A stretch of 64,000 nucleotides of DNA from Octopus vulgaris (GCA_951406725.2 OX597817.1:48608001-48672000), one strand, 5' to 3'. Positions 38,282 to 51,360 are shown, numbered from the stretch's first letter. The notes: generated by a model not told the origin, from the sequence alone. Numbers and translations: made by a program.

Positions 38282-38327
<46 letters not shown>

Positions 38328-38893
38328 ACATGCACACACAGATATAGAAAAGTGTGTGAAGTGGTGAAGCATGACCTTCGAACTTTGGAACTTACAGAGG
38401 CAATGACAGGAGCCTGGGACCTTTGGAGATATGCTGTGATTGAGAAGACCCAGCAACTAAAGTGAGATTGCAACCACACATGTCCGGCCCTTTTAAGCAC
38501 ACCCCTGATGTGTCGGGCAATATGATATGCTTGAGAAGACCTGTTGAGTCAAAACCAATATCATAGCTGTGGCCAGTGTCCTCTGACTGGCTCCTGTGCC
38601 ATTTGCACGTAAAAAGCACCAACCAATTGTGGCTATTGCCAGTACCCCCAGACTAGCTCCTGTACCGGTGGCACATAAAAAGCACTCACTACACTCTCAG
38701 AATGGTTGGCATTAGGAAGGGTGTCCGGCTGTAGAAACATTGTCAGATCAGATTGGAGCCCGGTGCAGCTGCTGGCTCTCCAGACCTCAAACTGTCCAAT
38801 CCATGCCAGCATGGAAAACAGACGTTAAACGATGATGATGATGACATAATATTTTTTTCCTCCGTCTTACCTTTGGATCTTTCGTTTTCCTAT

Positions 38894-38928
38894 GTTTCTG
38901 ACGAAGAGCTCTGCTCGAAACGTTAAAC
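38894..38928 (+). ncRNA. Minimal type-I hammerhead ribozyme motif (Penelope-like LTR type)
   Basis: GTTT-CTGACGA-A-GAGC-TCT-GCTC-GAAACGTT-AAAC: intact CUGANGA/GAAA core, 4-bp stems I and II, palindromic ACGT helix III. Confidence 0.7.
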
Positions 38929-39272
38929 CCTCCTTCTTTCCTGAGCGTCCAATAACACTATACTTGTTCCATGTCCTCGCGTTGTTGTGTTTTCTCTTTG
39001 TGTTTTCATGCTTGGATTAACTATATATATATCATCATCATCATCTTCGTTTAGCATCCGTTTTCCATGCTAGCATGGGTTGGACGGTTCTACTGGGGTC
39101 TGTGAAGCCAGAAGGCTTCATCAGGCCCAGTCAAATCTGGCAGTGTTTCTACGGCTGGATGCCCTTCCTAATGCCAACCACTCCGTGAGTGTAGTGGGTG
39201 CTTTTTACGTGCCACCCGCACAGGTGCCAGACAGAGCTGGCAAACGGCCACAAACGGATGGTGCTTTTTATG

Positions 39273-39320
<48 letters not shown>

Positions 39321-39822
39321 CACTGTTTTATTGTCTACTTTTCTGTGCTAGCATAGATCAGACAAAATTTGTCAAGGCTGATATTTATAGTTGGCTGCTC
39401 TACAGTCCTCATCTTGTTTGTTATTACCAACAAACAAGATGAAGACAAATATCCGTCAAATGTAAATAATGTACAGTAAGCATTTGTTCACTAACACATG
39501 TAGACCAATGACTAATTGATGTCATATGATATGGCTATTATGAGATTGCAGGTTAAGACTATCCACAAATAGCAATATAGTTGTAAACATGTGTTGTCCG
39601 ACTGGTACACTACTTTAAATGTTCACTTTCTTTGTGGACAGATCTTATATGTTAGTGCAAAAGAATTGTGATAGGAAATTTTAGTTAATTAGCCATACAT
39701 AAGAGAATTTTAAAATGTCTCATAGATAAGAAGATAAGAGCAAACATTTGACATTGGCGTATTTTGTATGTCACATGTGGATAATTTCACTACAGTAAAA
39801 GTCAATCAGTTCAAAACGTGTT

Positions 39823-40395
39823 TAACAAAAGCACTCAGAGAGCACAAACCTTTGTCAAGGCAACATCAACATTCTCCTAACAATTAGTCAGAGATGACTT
39901 TTAAAATGAGAATATCTGGAATAAACTCAACTGTTCTCACAGATGAGAATACAAAAAATGAGCCTGACCTCTCTCAAATATTAATTATTCTATCAGTCTC
40001 TTTTGTTAGACCACTAAGCTATAGGGACGTAAACACACCAATACTGGTTGTCAGTTGGTAGTGGTATACACACACATTCACATGTGCATGCACACACATG
40101 CACACCTACACATACACTGACATACATACACACAATGGGCTTCTTTCAGTTTCCATCTACCAAATTCACTCACAAGGCTTTAGTAAAAAAAAAAAAAAAC
40201 AGAAAAATCATCCAGAATCCTTGTCCGGTAACAGATCGATCCCAAAATCTAATGAGTTCGTGCCAGTCATGAGGCCAAACATCCCTGAAAGTTTCACCCG
40301 AATCCATCCAGCGGTTCTTGAGATATCTTGTCCACGGACAAACAAACAAACACAACTGAAAACAATACCCCTGCTTTCACTAAGGCAGAAGTAAT
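39823..40395. mobile_element. Possible Helentron/HINE-like short element interrupted by a SINE
   Basis: Starts AACAAAAGCACTCAGAGAGCACAAACC and ends ...TAAGGCAGAAGTAA. A SINE-A fragment sits at about 39985-40185. Confidence 0.4.
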
Positions 40396-40741
40396 AATTT
40401 TCACAAGCTGATTGAAGAGTTCTCATCATCTTCTTAATGCCTATCTGTCGAATGTAAATAATGTACATAATTCCTCATCTCTTAAATATAGAATTGAAGA
40501 GTTTAGTCAAACAAACCACCTCACTACTTATTTTTTTAATGCTTGATACTTATTGATTGGTTTCACTGAACTACTAGGTTATGGGGATGTAAGCAAACCA
40601 ACACTGGTTGTCGAGTGATGGTGGTGGATACACACACATATATATATATGAGTTATCATGCAGTTTTGTCCACTAAATTCACTCACAAAGCAGAAGTTGA
40701 ACCTAGAGTTGTAGTTGATGATATATGCCCAAAGTGCTCTA

Positions 40742-41090
40742 CAGGAGGTTGGAAACCCCCTTCGGTCACGAATGACCATGGGGTTGCATCTAGAAAGTTA
40801 CCCCCCCCAGACACAAATCCGGGCAAGCTTGTTTATGGAAGACCAGCAGTTGCCCATGCATACCAGCCACCCCTCTCCACGCTACTGATGTTATCCAACG
40901 GAAGGACAAAGGCTGATAGAGCTTGGTACCAGTGACATCACAACTCATTTCTACAGCTGAGTGAACTGGAGCAACGTGAAATAAAATGTTTTGCTCAAGA
41001 ACACAACACACAGCCTGGTCCGGGATTCGAATTCACAACCTCACGGTCGTAAGATTGATGCTCTAACCACTGAGCCATGTGCCTTCACTG
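40742..41090 (-). mobile_element. tRNA-derived SINE family D inserted in a SINE-A copy
   Basis: Minus strand GGCACATGGCTCAGTGGTTAGAGC...GAATTCGAATCCCGG head, then GTGTTCTTGAGCAAAACATTTTA core. Confidence 0.75.
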
Positions 41091-41839
41091 TACAGGAGGA
41101 CTGAACCTCAAACTGTGTGCTTGCAAAGTGAGCCTCTTTACCAAGTGTAAACTTCTTAACTTGTATCATGTCGAGTCAAACTGTCCTGTTAAAACTGATT
41201 GTTTGTGAGCCCTCTACTGGAATTGGGAGTGAATTTATGTCAGGGCCGCAAGACTAGTCAAACTGCATCAAGGTTCTATGCACACGCATACACGTCCTGT
41301 TGGTTGTAATAATTTTTATGACTATTCAGTTATGCTGGATTTTAAATGCTTTCTGCAGTAATTTTTCTTCTGGTCAGCACTTATTTCATATTTGAGAAAG
41401 AAGAATGAAACTATATAATGAAAATACTTTTCTTAAGTGTATAAAGTGGATTGGTTGGTTCCCACTATGACTCATCCTGCAGTAACCTACTTCTGATAGC
41501 TTACTAATTTACTCCATGATTCAGGACTCTACTTGCTATTTTTATCAGAAATATGCAATTATTGTAAGGTAGATAACTCTCTGTTGTTGTCTGTAAAAGA
41601 GGCTACTCTAGAATTTGAAGCAGAATGACTAGAAGTTTGAAGTTCTTTGTAATTTTTTAAAAAACGCAAAAAAGAAAAGGTTATTTGGTGCATTTTTAGA
41701 TGACGCTTGAGGTGTCACGCAGTGGGATTGAACTTGAAACCTTATAGTAAGGAAGCAAACTTCTTACTCAGCCACACCTGAAATTAATTTGCAGTCATGA
41801 ATCAAGCTGGCATAAACAGTTTAAAATGTGGCACCTTGG

Positions 41840-42377
41840 AGCATATGGCATATTGGTTAAGAGCACGGGCTACTAACCCCACGATTCCGAGTTCGATTCC
41901 AGGCAGTGACCTGAATAATAATAATATGGCACTTGTGCAGGTGACATGTAAAAAAACACGATCTTTTCGTGGCTGTTGCCAGTACCGCCTAACTGGCCCT
42001 TGTGCTGGTGGCACGCAGAAAGCCCCCACTACGCTCTCGGAGTGGTTGGCGTTAAGAAGGGCATCCAGCTGTAGAGACTCTGCCAGATCAAGATTGGAGC
42101 CTGGTGTAGCCATCTGGTTCGCCAGTCCTCAGTCAAATTGTCCAACCCATTCTAGCATGGAAAGCAGACGTTAAATGATGATGAATAATAACAACAACAA
42201 CAACAACAGCAAAAAATACCTTAGGAATGAGAACCCAGGTTCAAAATTTCCCCAAGACACCTGATGAAAGCTGGAGGGTATATCAACCGAAAGGTTGTGT
42301 TAACAACAAACAAGATGACAAATATCTGTAAAATGTAAATAATGTAAATAATTCCTTATCTCTTAAATATAGAACTG
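41840..42377 (+). mobile_element. Third copy of the tRNA-headed hammerhead element, split by an RTE 3' fragment
   Basis: Head at 41843-41915. 3' part at 42184-42377 with GACACCTGATGAAAGCTGGAGGGTATATCAACCGAAAGGTTGTGTT. Confidence 0.8.
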
Positions 42378-42792
42378 TAGTATTTTGTCTGTCTTTACGT
42401 TCTGAGTTCAAATTCTTTTGAAGTTGACTTTGCCTTTTATCCTTTTGGGGCCAATAAATTGTCAGTTGCATACTAGGGTTGATCTAAATGCTGCCAAAAA
42501 AATTTTGGGCCTTGTGTCTTGGGTAGAAAAAGAATATGCCATGCTTGAAAAGACCCATCAGGCCATATGAAATCATACTTGTGGCAGATACTGGTGTTCT
42601 GCAATTGGTACCTATGCTGGTGGCATGTAAATGCACCCATTGCACTCTTGGAATGGTTGGTGTTAGGAAGGGCATCCAGTTGTAGACACCAAACCAAATC
42701 AGTTTGGAGTCTGGTGCAGCCCCTCAGCTTTCCAGTCCTGGTCAAACCATCCAACCCATGCTAGCATGGACAATAGACATTAAATAATGATG

Positions 42793-42832
<40 letters not shown>

Positions 42833-42843
42833 TTATATATATA

Positions 42844-43410
42844 CGAGCAAAATGCCCCCCCCCCCCGTCCAATGGACAGTGCTGAATCATATCTGCTGAA
42901 TAAAAAGCAATCAGTGTTTTCTTTTCATTAAAAAGTAATTAAGCATGCCTTTATTTCAATAAAAGTTTTGGTTTTGTTAAACGAAGTTAAAGCAAAAAAA
43001 AAAAACTTCTTGAGAAACCAAATAGTCTTTCCTTCCTTCATGCCAAGTTTGAAGAAAATATCTCTTTTGCATCTTACCTTTTTGGTCTCTTAAACATACT
43101 GCGTTTTGTGGCATTATTTCAAGCCAGCCGGCTTTTTTTTTTGTGCAAAAAATATGCACGTGCATTTTTCTCTTGTATGCATAGTATCGATCGCAACAGC
43201 TGATGTACTTGCACGTACAAATGCACGTTCTCACAGCTTTATCAATTCTCACCTAGAATCAATTTTTGTAATTTTTTCAAGACTTATACAAGCCTTCATA
43301 ACGGTATGTACATATCAAATTTGAGCGCAATCAGATGGAGGATGTCCAAGATCCTAGAAGACACACACACACACACACACACACAGACAGAACGGATTTT
43401 ATATAATAGA
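42844..43410 (-). mobile_element. Probable non-autonomous Helitron
   Basis: Minus-strand 5' end TCTATTATATAAAATCCGTTCTGTCTGTGTG. The 3' terminus is degenerate. Confidence 0.5.
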
Positions 43411-43753
43411 TATATATATATGTATGCCAACATGAAAAATGGGTGCTAAATGGTGATGATGACATGATGAGTTTCCCACACAGTTTTCCTCTACCAAATG
43501 TACTCACAAGGCATCAGTTGGTTCATAGTTATAGTAGAAGCCACTTGCCTAAGATGCCATACAGTGAGATGGAACCCAAAACTATTTTGTTGCAAAGTGA
43601 GTTACTTAACCATAGAGCCATGCTTGCAGACCAAAATCTGACGAGAGGAAAGTCAGTTTTGTCTATTTGACTTGCAGACCTACTACAGTCTCTTACAGTA
43701 CAAATATGTTATCTTGCCTCTTTTAGCCTTTTAACCAAGACTATAATGGTCTC

Positions 43754-44017
43754 TTCTGTTTTGTCTGGGGAGTCATTTTCTTTTTGTGCCTTATAATTTA
43801 ACACACCGGTAAAATTTCCACTTATTTCTTATTTTTATTCTCCTAAAATTTTCGTTGTGTCTTGGAACCTTTTCAATAGTCTTGACTATTGAGAGGGTTG
43901 CAAGATGCAAGGAAAATTTTAGGAAAATAAAAATAAGAAATAAGTGGAAATTTTACCGGTGAGTGTGTTAAATATTAAGGCACAAAAAGAAAATGGCTCT
44001 CCCCAGACACAACAGAA
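43754..44017. repeat. ~130-bp-arm palindrome (2-nt spacer) of a Penelope-like end with a variant hammerhead
   Basis: Arms are symmetric about CAATAGTC-TT-GACTATTG, centre 43882-43883. Confidence 0.85.
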
Positions 44018-47000
44018 TATACTTCAACACATGAAATCACATAAAGAATCTTGGAAACCAAATCCCAAAACGAAATCTAATGGCCTCTGTTATTTGGATG
44101 CTGGCTGTTCTTGAATCTCCTCTACTTGTCATCTCTCACCCTGGTATCCTAGTTCTTCCTCCCCAGAAGATATGATCCCGGCTCGTACTTTCCTACAGAT
44201 GTGGACTGTGAATATTTATAGCATCAAGCCCATAGGTCATAGAGGATCTGCAAAGGTCATGGCCACTGCTCCTCCTTCCAAACCCAGAAGTAATAAAAAC
44301 AAAAAAAAAAGCTATATTATCTTTTGTCTTGTTTCAGTCATTAGACTGTGAGCATGCTGGGGCATCATATTCAAAAAATTTCGAATGAATCAACTCCAGT
44401 ACATTTTTTTAAGCCTGGTACTTATTGTACTGGCCTCTTTTGCCAAACTACTAAGTTACAGAGATGTAAACAAACTAACACTGGTTGTCAAGTAGTGATG
44501 TGGAACAAACACAGACACACACATATACACATGATGGGCTTCTATCAGATTCATTCATAAGGCTTTGGCCAGTCCAAGGCCATAGCAGTTGCACATACCC
44601 ATGGGGCTACCCAGTATGACTGAACCCAGAACCATTTGGTTGGGAAGGAAGCATCATACCACACAGCCATGCCTGTGCCTATATTGTAGATAATAGGGCA
44701 GCGACCTGGCAGAATCATTAGCATGCTGGGCGAAATACTTAGCGGTATTCCGTCTGCTGCTACGTTCTGAGTTCAAATTCTGCTGAGGTCGACTTTACCT
44801 TTCATCCTTTCGGGTTCAATTAAATAAGTACCAGTTATGCTCTGGGGTCGATGTAATCGACTTAATCTTTTTGTCTGTCCTTGTTTGTCTCCTCTGTGTT
44901 TAGCTGCCTGTGGGCAATAAAGAAATATATATTGTAGATATAAGAAGTGAAGCAAAATTGCTGAGTGGTTGGTGTTTGGAAGGGCATCCAGCTGTAAAAA
45001 CCCTGCCAAAACAGTCACAGAAGTCTGGTGCAGGTTTCTGCCTGGCTGGCTCTTGTGGTACCATCCCACCCATGGTGGCATAGAACACAGACGGTAAATG
45101 ATGATTTGATGTCCTAGAAAATGTTTTTTTTTTCCTAATATTTTCTGGAAAGCCCTTCATTTTTTTTTTCCAGGCTTTTCTAGATTAAAGGCTAAAGTTA
45201 GCTGGTAGAGGTTAATGTGATTAAATGTATGATCTTTTGCAGATGAGGTATCTGAAAGGAAACACTGATACTGAAGCAGGAGAAATGTAATTCTGATAAT
45301 TAAGAATTTATTGAAATGTTTAGGAAATGATCTGGGAACCAAAATTGAATGGGTATAATAATAGGAAGAATGGTGTAGAATGAGGAAGTTTAGAATTTTG
45401 AGAGAACATTGTGAATAGCCTTTCCAGTTAAAGCTATACATTGCCGCTAAAATGCAAAGAACCAAAACACATTCCACAAAGCATTCCTTCCAATGCTTTA
45501 CCAATTCTGCCAATGTTTCACCCTAGACTGGTTCTTTATTTGTCAACCTGCTAAGGATGAAAAGCCAACTTAAATTTAGAGGAATATGAATTGTGAGTAT
45601 AAAGACCTGGAACAAATATCACAAGGCATCCGTCCTGATGCTCTTAGAATTCCACCAATTTGTCACCTTATATAGAATTCACCTCTTTGCTCTTGTGGAC
45701 CTTCCTCATAAGAACCTACCTTCCCTGCTAGCCTGATAATAATCCAGCTGGTGACACACCTGTGCCAGTGACCTGTAACAGGTACCCACTATGCCCTTGG
45801 AGTGGTTGGCCTTTAGCAAGGGAATCCAGCTGTAGAAACCAAACCGGAATCAGAGCAGAGCCTGGTACTGCTCTCCAGTTTACCAGTTCCAGTGAAACCA
45901 TCGAACCCATGCCAACATGGAAAACAGACACTAAATGATGATGATGTAGTTTATACTGGGTACAGAAGATATAATTTCTACTTATTCTGTTTCTTCCTAT
46001 TGACCAATGCCTTTCCTTGATGCCTGTTGTGTTCTCTCTTCTTCCCTACTTAACTAATACTTTAGTCTCTCAGCACCTGACATAAAACCACCTCCCCTTC
46101 CCAAGTACCCCCCATCACTTAATTATGGTGGTTTTTCTTCCTTGTCTTTTTTTTCTGTCTTGTAAGTTATTTGACCTCACTAGTACCAGTGGCACTGAAA
46201 ATAGCACCCAGTACACACTGTAAAACAGTTGGTGTTAGAAAGGGCATCCAGCTTTAGAAACCAATTCCAAAGGTGACATTGAAGCTTAGTGTAGCTCTGT
46301 GGCTTGTAAGATCCTGTCAAACACTCCGACCCATGCCAGCATAGAAAACAGACGTTAAATGAGGACATGCTCTTCTTTCTGCACTGTTAGGTCAATGAAC
46401 GATCTCTACTGCCTTCTTTCCTTAGTGGTCTGTGCTTGCTATGAAATTTTCATATGTCTATACAAAGTTTGTATCTCTATTACTTTCTTTTGGGCTTTTT
46501 TTTTACTGGACACATTCTTGTTGGCTAAACTCAAGCAACTTCATCAAGCAATTCAAAACATTAAGAACCAACATAAATACCACAAAGAAAAACTTTCCCC
46601 CCCCAAGCTGTTAGCTTGTGCCTACACCCACATTTTACGACCAGCTCTCTCTCTCTCTTCTCTCTTAATTCATTTGATTCCCCATGAAGCCATGGGGTGC
46701 CTACAAGAGATCTCCACATTCCTTTATTAACACCCTCTGACCAAAAATGCTGTCTTTGTTTACAATCTTTGGGAAGCAAAAATGTCACAATGTTTCAACT
46801 GTTGATGTGTGAAAAACTAGTGGAATGAAAAAAAAAATACCTTACTTGGAATACATGTAAAGGTTGGTGACAGGAAGAACATCCAGCTTTTGGAAATTTC
46901 TTCAGTGAGCCTTATGTAACTCATGCTAGCATGAAAGAAATGGACATAAAACCAAACAAATAAAATTTCCTCACCATCATCATCATTTAACATCTCTTTT

Positions 47001-48289
47001 CTATGCTAGCATGGGTTGGACGGTTTGACCGGGGTCTGGGAAGCCAGGAGGCTGCACCAGGCTCCAGTCTGATCTGGCAGTGTTTCTACAGGTGGATGCC
47101 CTTCCTAACGCCAATCACTCTGTGAGTGTAGTTGGTGCTTTATACGTGCCACTGGTACAGGGGCCAGAGGAGGCTGGCAACAGCCACAATTGGTTGGTGC
47201 TTTTTACATGCCACCAGCACAGAAGCCAGCCAAGGTGGCACTAGCATCGGCCACGTTCAGATGTTGCTTTTTACGTGCCACCAGCATGGGTATCACAACT
47301 ACAATTTCCGTTTGATTTTTATTCTGATGTTGATGTACTTGACTCAATAGGTCTCCTCAAGCACAGCATGAATACAAATTTATTTCATGAGAGTTAATGC
47401 ATTGTGGCAGTGATTACATGTTTGGTAAAGGCCTTCATTTTAATTGGAGCAGAGAACAGACTGCTCCTGCTACCATCTGCTCACCATGGTTTTAACGTTC
47501 ACTTTTCCATATTATCATGGATTAGAAAGAATTTGTTGAGGCAGATTTTCTATGATGCACTTCCCGTCATCAATTCTCACCTGTTTCCAAGTAAGGTAAT
47601 ATCTTCCCCACAACCAGACATGTCTTTCATGGAAGATTGGAAACAAAGGACCCTGCTTCATTTACAACTATTAAGGAGACAGTAACACACACAAACACCC
47701 AATTTTAACTCTATCTACACGGATACTACAACAAGAATTTGCAGTGCTCTGTTTGTCTTCAGTCAGAATCTACCAAATACTTTCAAAAGGCTTTGGTCGT
47801 GTCTGGGCTATAGTAGAAAACGCCCAAATTGCGATGCGAGTGAAACTGAAACCAAAGACTAAATGGTTGGGAAGCAAACTTTTACCATGCAGCTATGCTT
47901 GCTTCATTGCTTAAATAAAACACTGATGTTTAATTCATTTTGTATGCAAAATCTAAACCTAAGAATAAAGCTTTAATAGCAGACAACTTGAAACAAACAG
48001 AAAATTTGGTGGTGTTTATAAATTACAAAAAACTACAATTAAAACAAAAAACACAAATCTTCAAGTTGCAATATTTAGTTCTGAAGTGGTCGTTGATAAC
48101 AATGAGTAAAGAGATTCATGCTAATTCTTAGTGATTTCTTTGGTAAGAAGTGTGCTATTGTTGTGCCTACTTATCAGTAATTATCCAGAATAGCAAGAAC
48201 AGAATTGATTTGTATTCAAAGATTTCTAAATTTACTAGTGAGTCTTCACAATTTATTTAAATTAATTTTTTTTCTTTTATTTTCAACAG

Positions 48290-48510
48290 GTCTACTAATT
48301 ACAATATCCTTGATTGTGTTTGGAGTGAAGTCTGAAGATCGACAGTGGATGCCACGTCCTGATCAGAACTACTTATCCTGGTCTTTTGGTATTTGTGTAC
48401 TCTCTGGCTTCTTCTCCCTGTTTTCAGCAATGTGCTTGCTTGTGGCAAGCATCAGTTCCTCACGTGACCAGAATGTGGACTCTAAAGCACATCGTATGCG
48501 ACGCTATTAA
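48290..48510 (+). CDS. Claudin-superfamily gene, last coding exon (TM3, ECL2, TM4, C-tail)
   Basis: Acceptor ttttattttcaacag ending at 48289, phase 1. Reads GLLITISLIVFGVKSEDRQWMPRPDQNYLSWSFGICVLSGFFSLFSAMCLLV...RMRRY*. The WMP-x-N-LSWSF motif resembles ECL2/TM4 of arthropod septate-junction claudins. Joined ORFs give 209 aa (with B) or 214 aa (with A). Confidence 0.9.
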
Positions 48511-51360
48511 CATGCAAATAACAGTGGGAAAAAAAAAATATAACTTGAAAGACAAATCTGAGCGTTATATTTGCTTCTTTCTAACTTTTCTAATTTCATA
48601 ATGTATTTGTCTTGGAGGTTTTGTGGACATCTATTTCCTGTTTGCATCAACACCGCTCCCAAGATCTGACAAATTCTGGCAAACCATCTTTTGTAAATAT
48701 ATTCTTTTACCGATCTTTTGTATACAAAAATGAAAAACAACTTCATATATTTTTTAATGTTTCATCTAATAATACAGTAGTATGTTTCAATTTCAAAGAA
48801 CCATATTTTTAACATATAACCTTAAAAGAAACATCAAACCTAGAAACACGGTTGTTTTCTTAATTAATAATTAGAATATTCCTATTAAAACTTACATATA
48901 GTATTAAGTACTTTCAATATTCATTTTGAATTTTTATAATTTAGTATAGATAATAAGGGACTTGTGAGAAAATGCAATAAAAGACCAATTATTGACTTGT
49001 ATTGGAAAATCTGTAGACCTACATTTTAAAAATGTAAATTCTTTTGTATTAGTTTTCTCGTTAAATAATCCCCAAGGTTATCAATTAATTAATAAGTAAT
49101 TATAGCTAATGTTGATCATGGTGAGTGAATAATATTGATATATGCAATTAAGGTAATTTCATAGAGATCACTTCTAATTTAATGTATCTCCGTCATTGGG
49201 TTTTATTTCATTATAAATGGTGCTTATAGTCTGATCAAACAAGTATTAAACTTTGTTATATTTTTTGTTTTAACTATTTTTATATGCTATAATACACAAT
49301 ACTCTGACTGTTATATATATATAAATGTAATATGTGACAATTATTTGGTAGCCATGATATAATTCTGAGTTTTGGATGCTGAGGTGGAAACCCACGCCGC
49401 TATCTCTTCAGTTATCCGGCCATCAGCAAAGATTTCTCCGATGGCCGGATAACTGAAGAGATAGCGGCATGGATTTCCACTTCAGCATCCAAAACTCGGA
49501 GTTTTATCATGGCTACCGAACAATTGTCACATATTACATTTACAGATAAATTCCTCTATTTACATAATATTGAGGTCTCTTTCCTTCTTTTGTTGTCTTA
49601 CCAGTTTTATCAATATATATATATATATATATATATATGTATAGGTAGTTATAGTTATAAGTCCTTACAGTAAATAAACTCTTATGATTTTATAATTATA
49701 TATTTGGTAAATACTCAGCCATTGATATTTGGATAAGTTTTACACAACTCTTTTTGTTAATATTTTAATCTCCTAAAATTAATATAGTTTGTAAATAAGG
49801 TTCTCTAACACCAGACTTTTAACTATGGAAGACAAAATGTCAGTTCTTCACCTCTGTGTTAGTTCTTATCGTCTTAGTTGAAACAAAAGTAATGCTGTGA
49901 TGCATTTATGCATGTGTGTATGTGTGTGTGTGCATTGTTTGGCAATGATATAAAGAGACAGACTAGGTTCCTAAGCTCTGCATGATAAAAAATAATTTAT
50001 GACAGAGGAGGTAGTCTAATAAAATAATTAAATGGAGATTAGGCATGCTATTAAAAACCATCATCATCCCATGGTTTCCTTTCAACAGGACTTTCTAAAT
50101 TCCAGTCAGGTACTAATGTAAGTATATACAATGATTTAAACAAATTACTTTTCTGGTAGATTCTGTTCAGACTATTTATATTGTAAGCAAATTCTTTGTC
50201 CAAGTATTTGATATACACAGCATGGAAACCAAACAATCTGTTGACATTGTTGGCTGCAGACTCTGTTCACACATGAAAAGTCGTTTTTGTATTGCCTCCA
50301 TAAGAGTTAGCTTTGTTTGTTTATGTCATTGTAACGTTGTGTTGTATATTGTTGACCATGCTCTCTCTGACATGATACATGACGGTAGAAGATGACTGAA
50401 TCATGCATGTCTGCTGATCTATGGGAAGAAAAAAACCACAATTTATTATCTTGAATTGCATTGATGTATGTGTGTTTTTGGTTGAGTTTTTGTGATTTTA
50501 TTCTAGCTCTTAGAAATATGGTTGCATTACAGATAGTTTGGTAGGATTGAACATAATTTAGAGGAGTTTCCTTTGAAAACTTTAAATATTATTAGTGTTG
50601 CTCAATAGACATCCATGTTAACAAAGTGGCCTTTCCAATGACTTGTTTCCATAATCGACACTTTGAAGTTTATATCAACAGATTTTTGTAAATACAGCCG
50701 TAGGAAATGTGCCAGAATTGGAACAACCAAGTCTGATATGATCTCTCCTTGACCTGTTTCGGAGTGCAGGGATCCCAAATAAGAACCAGCTTGGGCTGTA
50801 GCTAATTGTCTATTCCATTCCATTTACACCAACTTAAAAAAAGATGTAGATGTGAAATGACAATCAAGATGATTTTTAAAATATTGTTCATCAAGAATCA
50901 CTGATATTTTTGGATAGAATTTCAACAGGTTCATGCAAAAATTTGGTAATTAATTCATAGTGAAATGAAATTGGACAGACGTTTTAGGTTGATGATTAGG
51001 ATGACAACATTAGATCCATAATAACATTTACATCTATATTTTGATATAAAACTTTTTTTTATTTCCAGTCTTATATAAAAACATTTTGCCATTTTGGTGC
51101 AGATTAAGACTTAAAAATTTTTTTATTAGTTATAGAAGTTTCTTTTTTACCTCACTTCTTAAAGCATATTTTTTTGTTTTAAGTAAATTTTCACATTTGA
51201 TAAAATCTTAATATAGTATATATTCAAAAATATATCATATTCCATATCTTTATCCTAAAAAGGAATTGTACTTTTTTGTATAATAAATATATTTTCTTTG
51301 ATTGTTTTTGTGTACTGTTTTCATTTATTCTGCCTGAGTAAATTTAAGTACATTAAAAGT
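48511..51360 (+). other. Probable long 3' UTR of the claudin-like gene
   Basis: About 2.8 kb AT-rich stretch largely free of SINEs after the stop codon. Candidate AATAAA signals near 48977, 49673 and 51283. The actual end is uncertain. Confidence 0.4.
49322..49542. repeat. 103-bp-arm palindrome (15-nt spacer) downstream of the claudin stop codon, containing a hammerhead-like motif
   Basis: 49322-49424 is the reverse complement of 49440-49542 with few mismatches. The right arm continues as a unique tail to about 49610. Confidence 0.9.

Noticed and set aside
50602-50823. Minus-strand 73-aa ORF as a terminal exon of a convergent gene
   Set aside because: No recognisable motif. The nearest good acceptor gives stops in all frames, and no partner exons were found.
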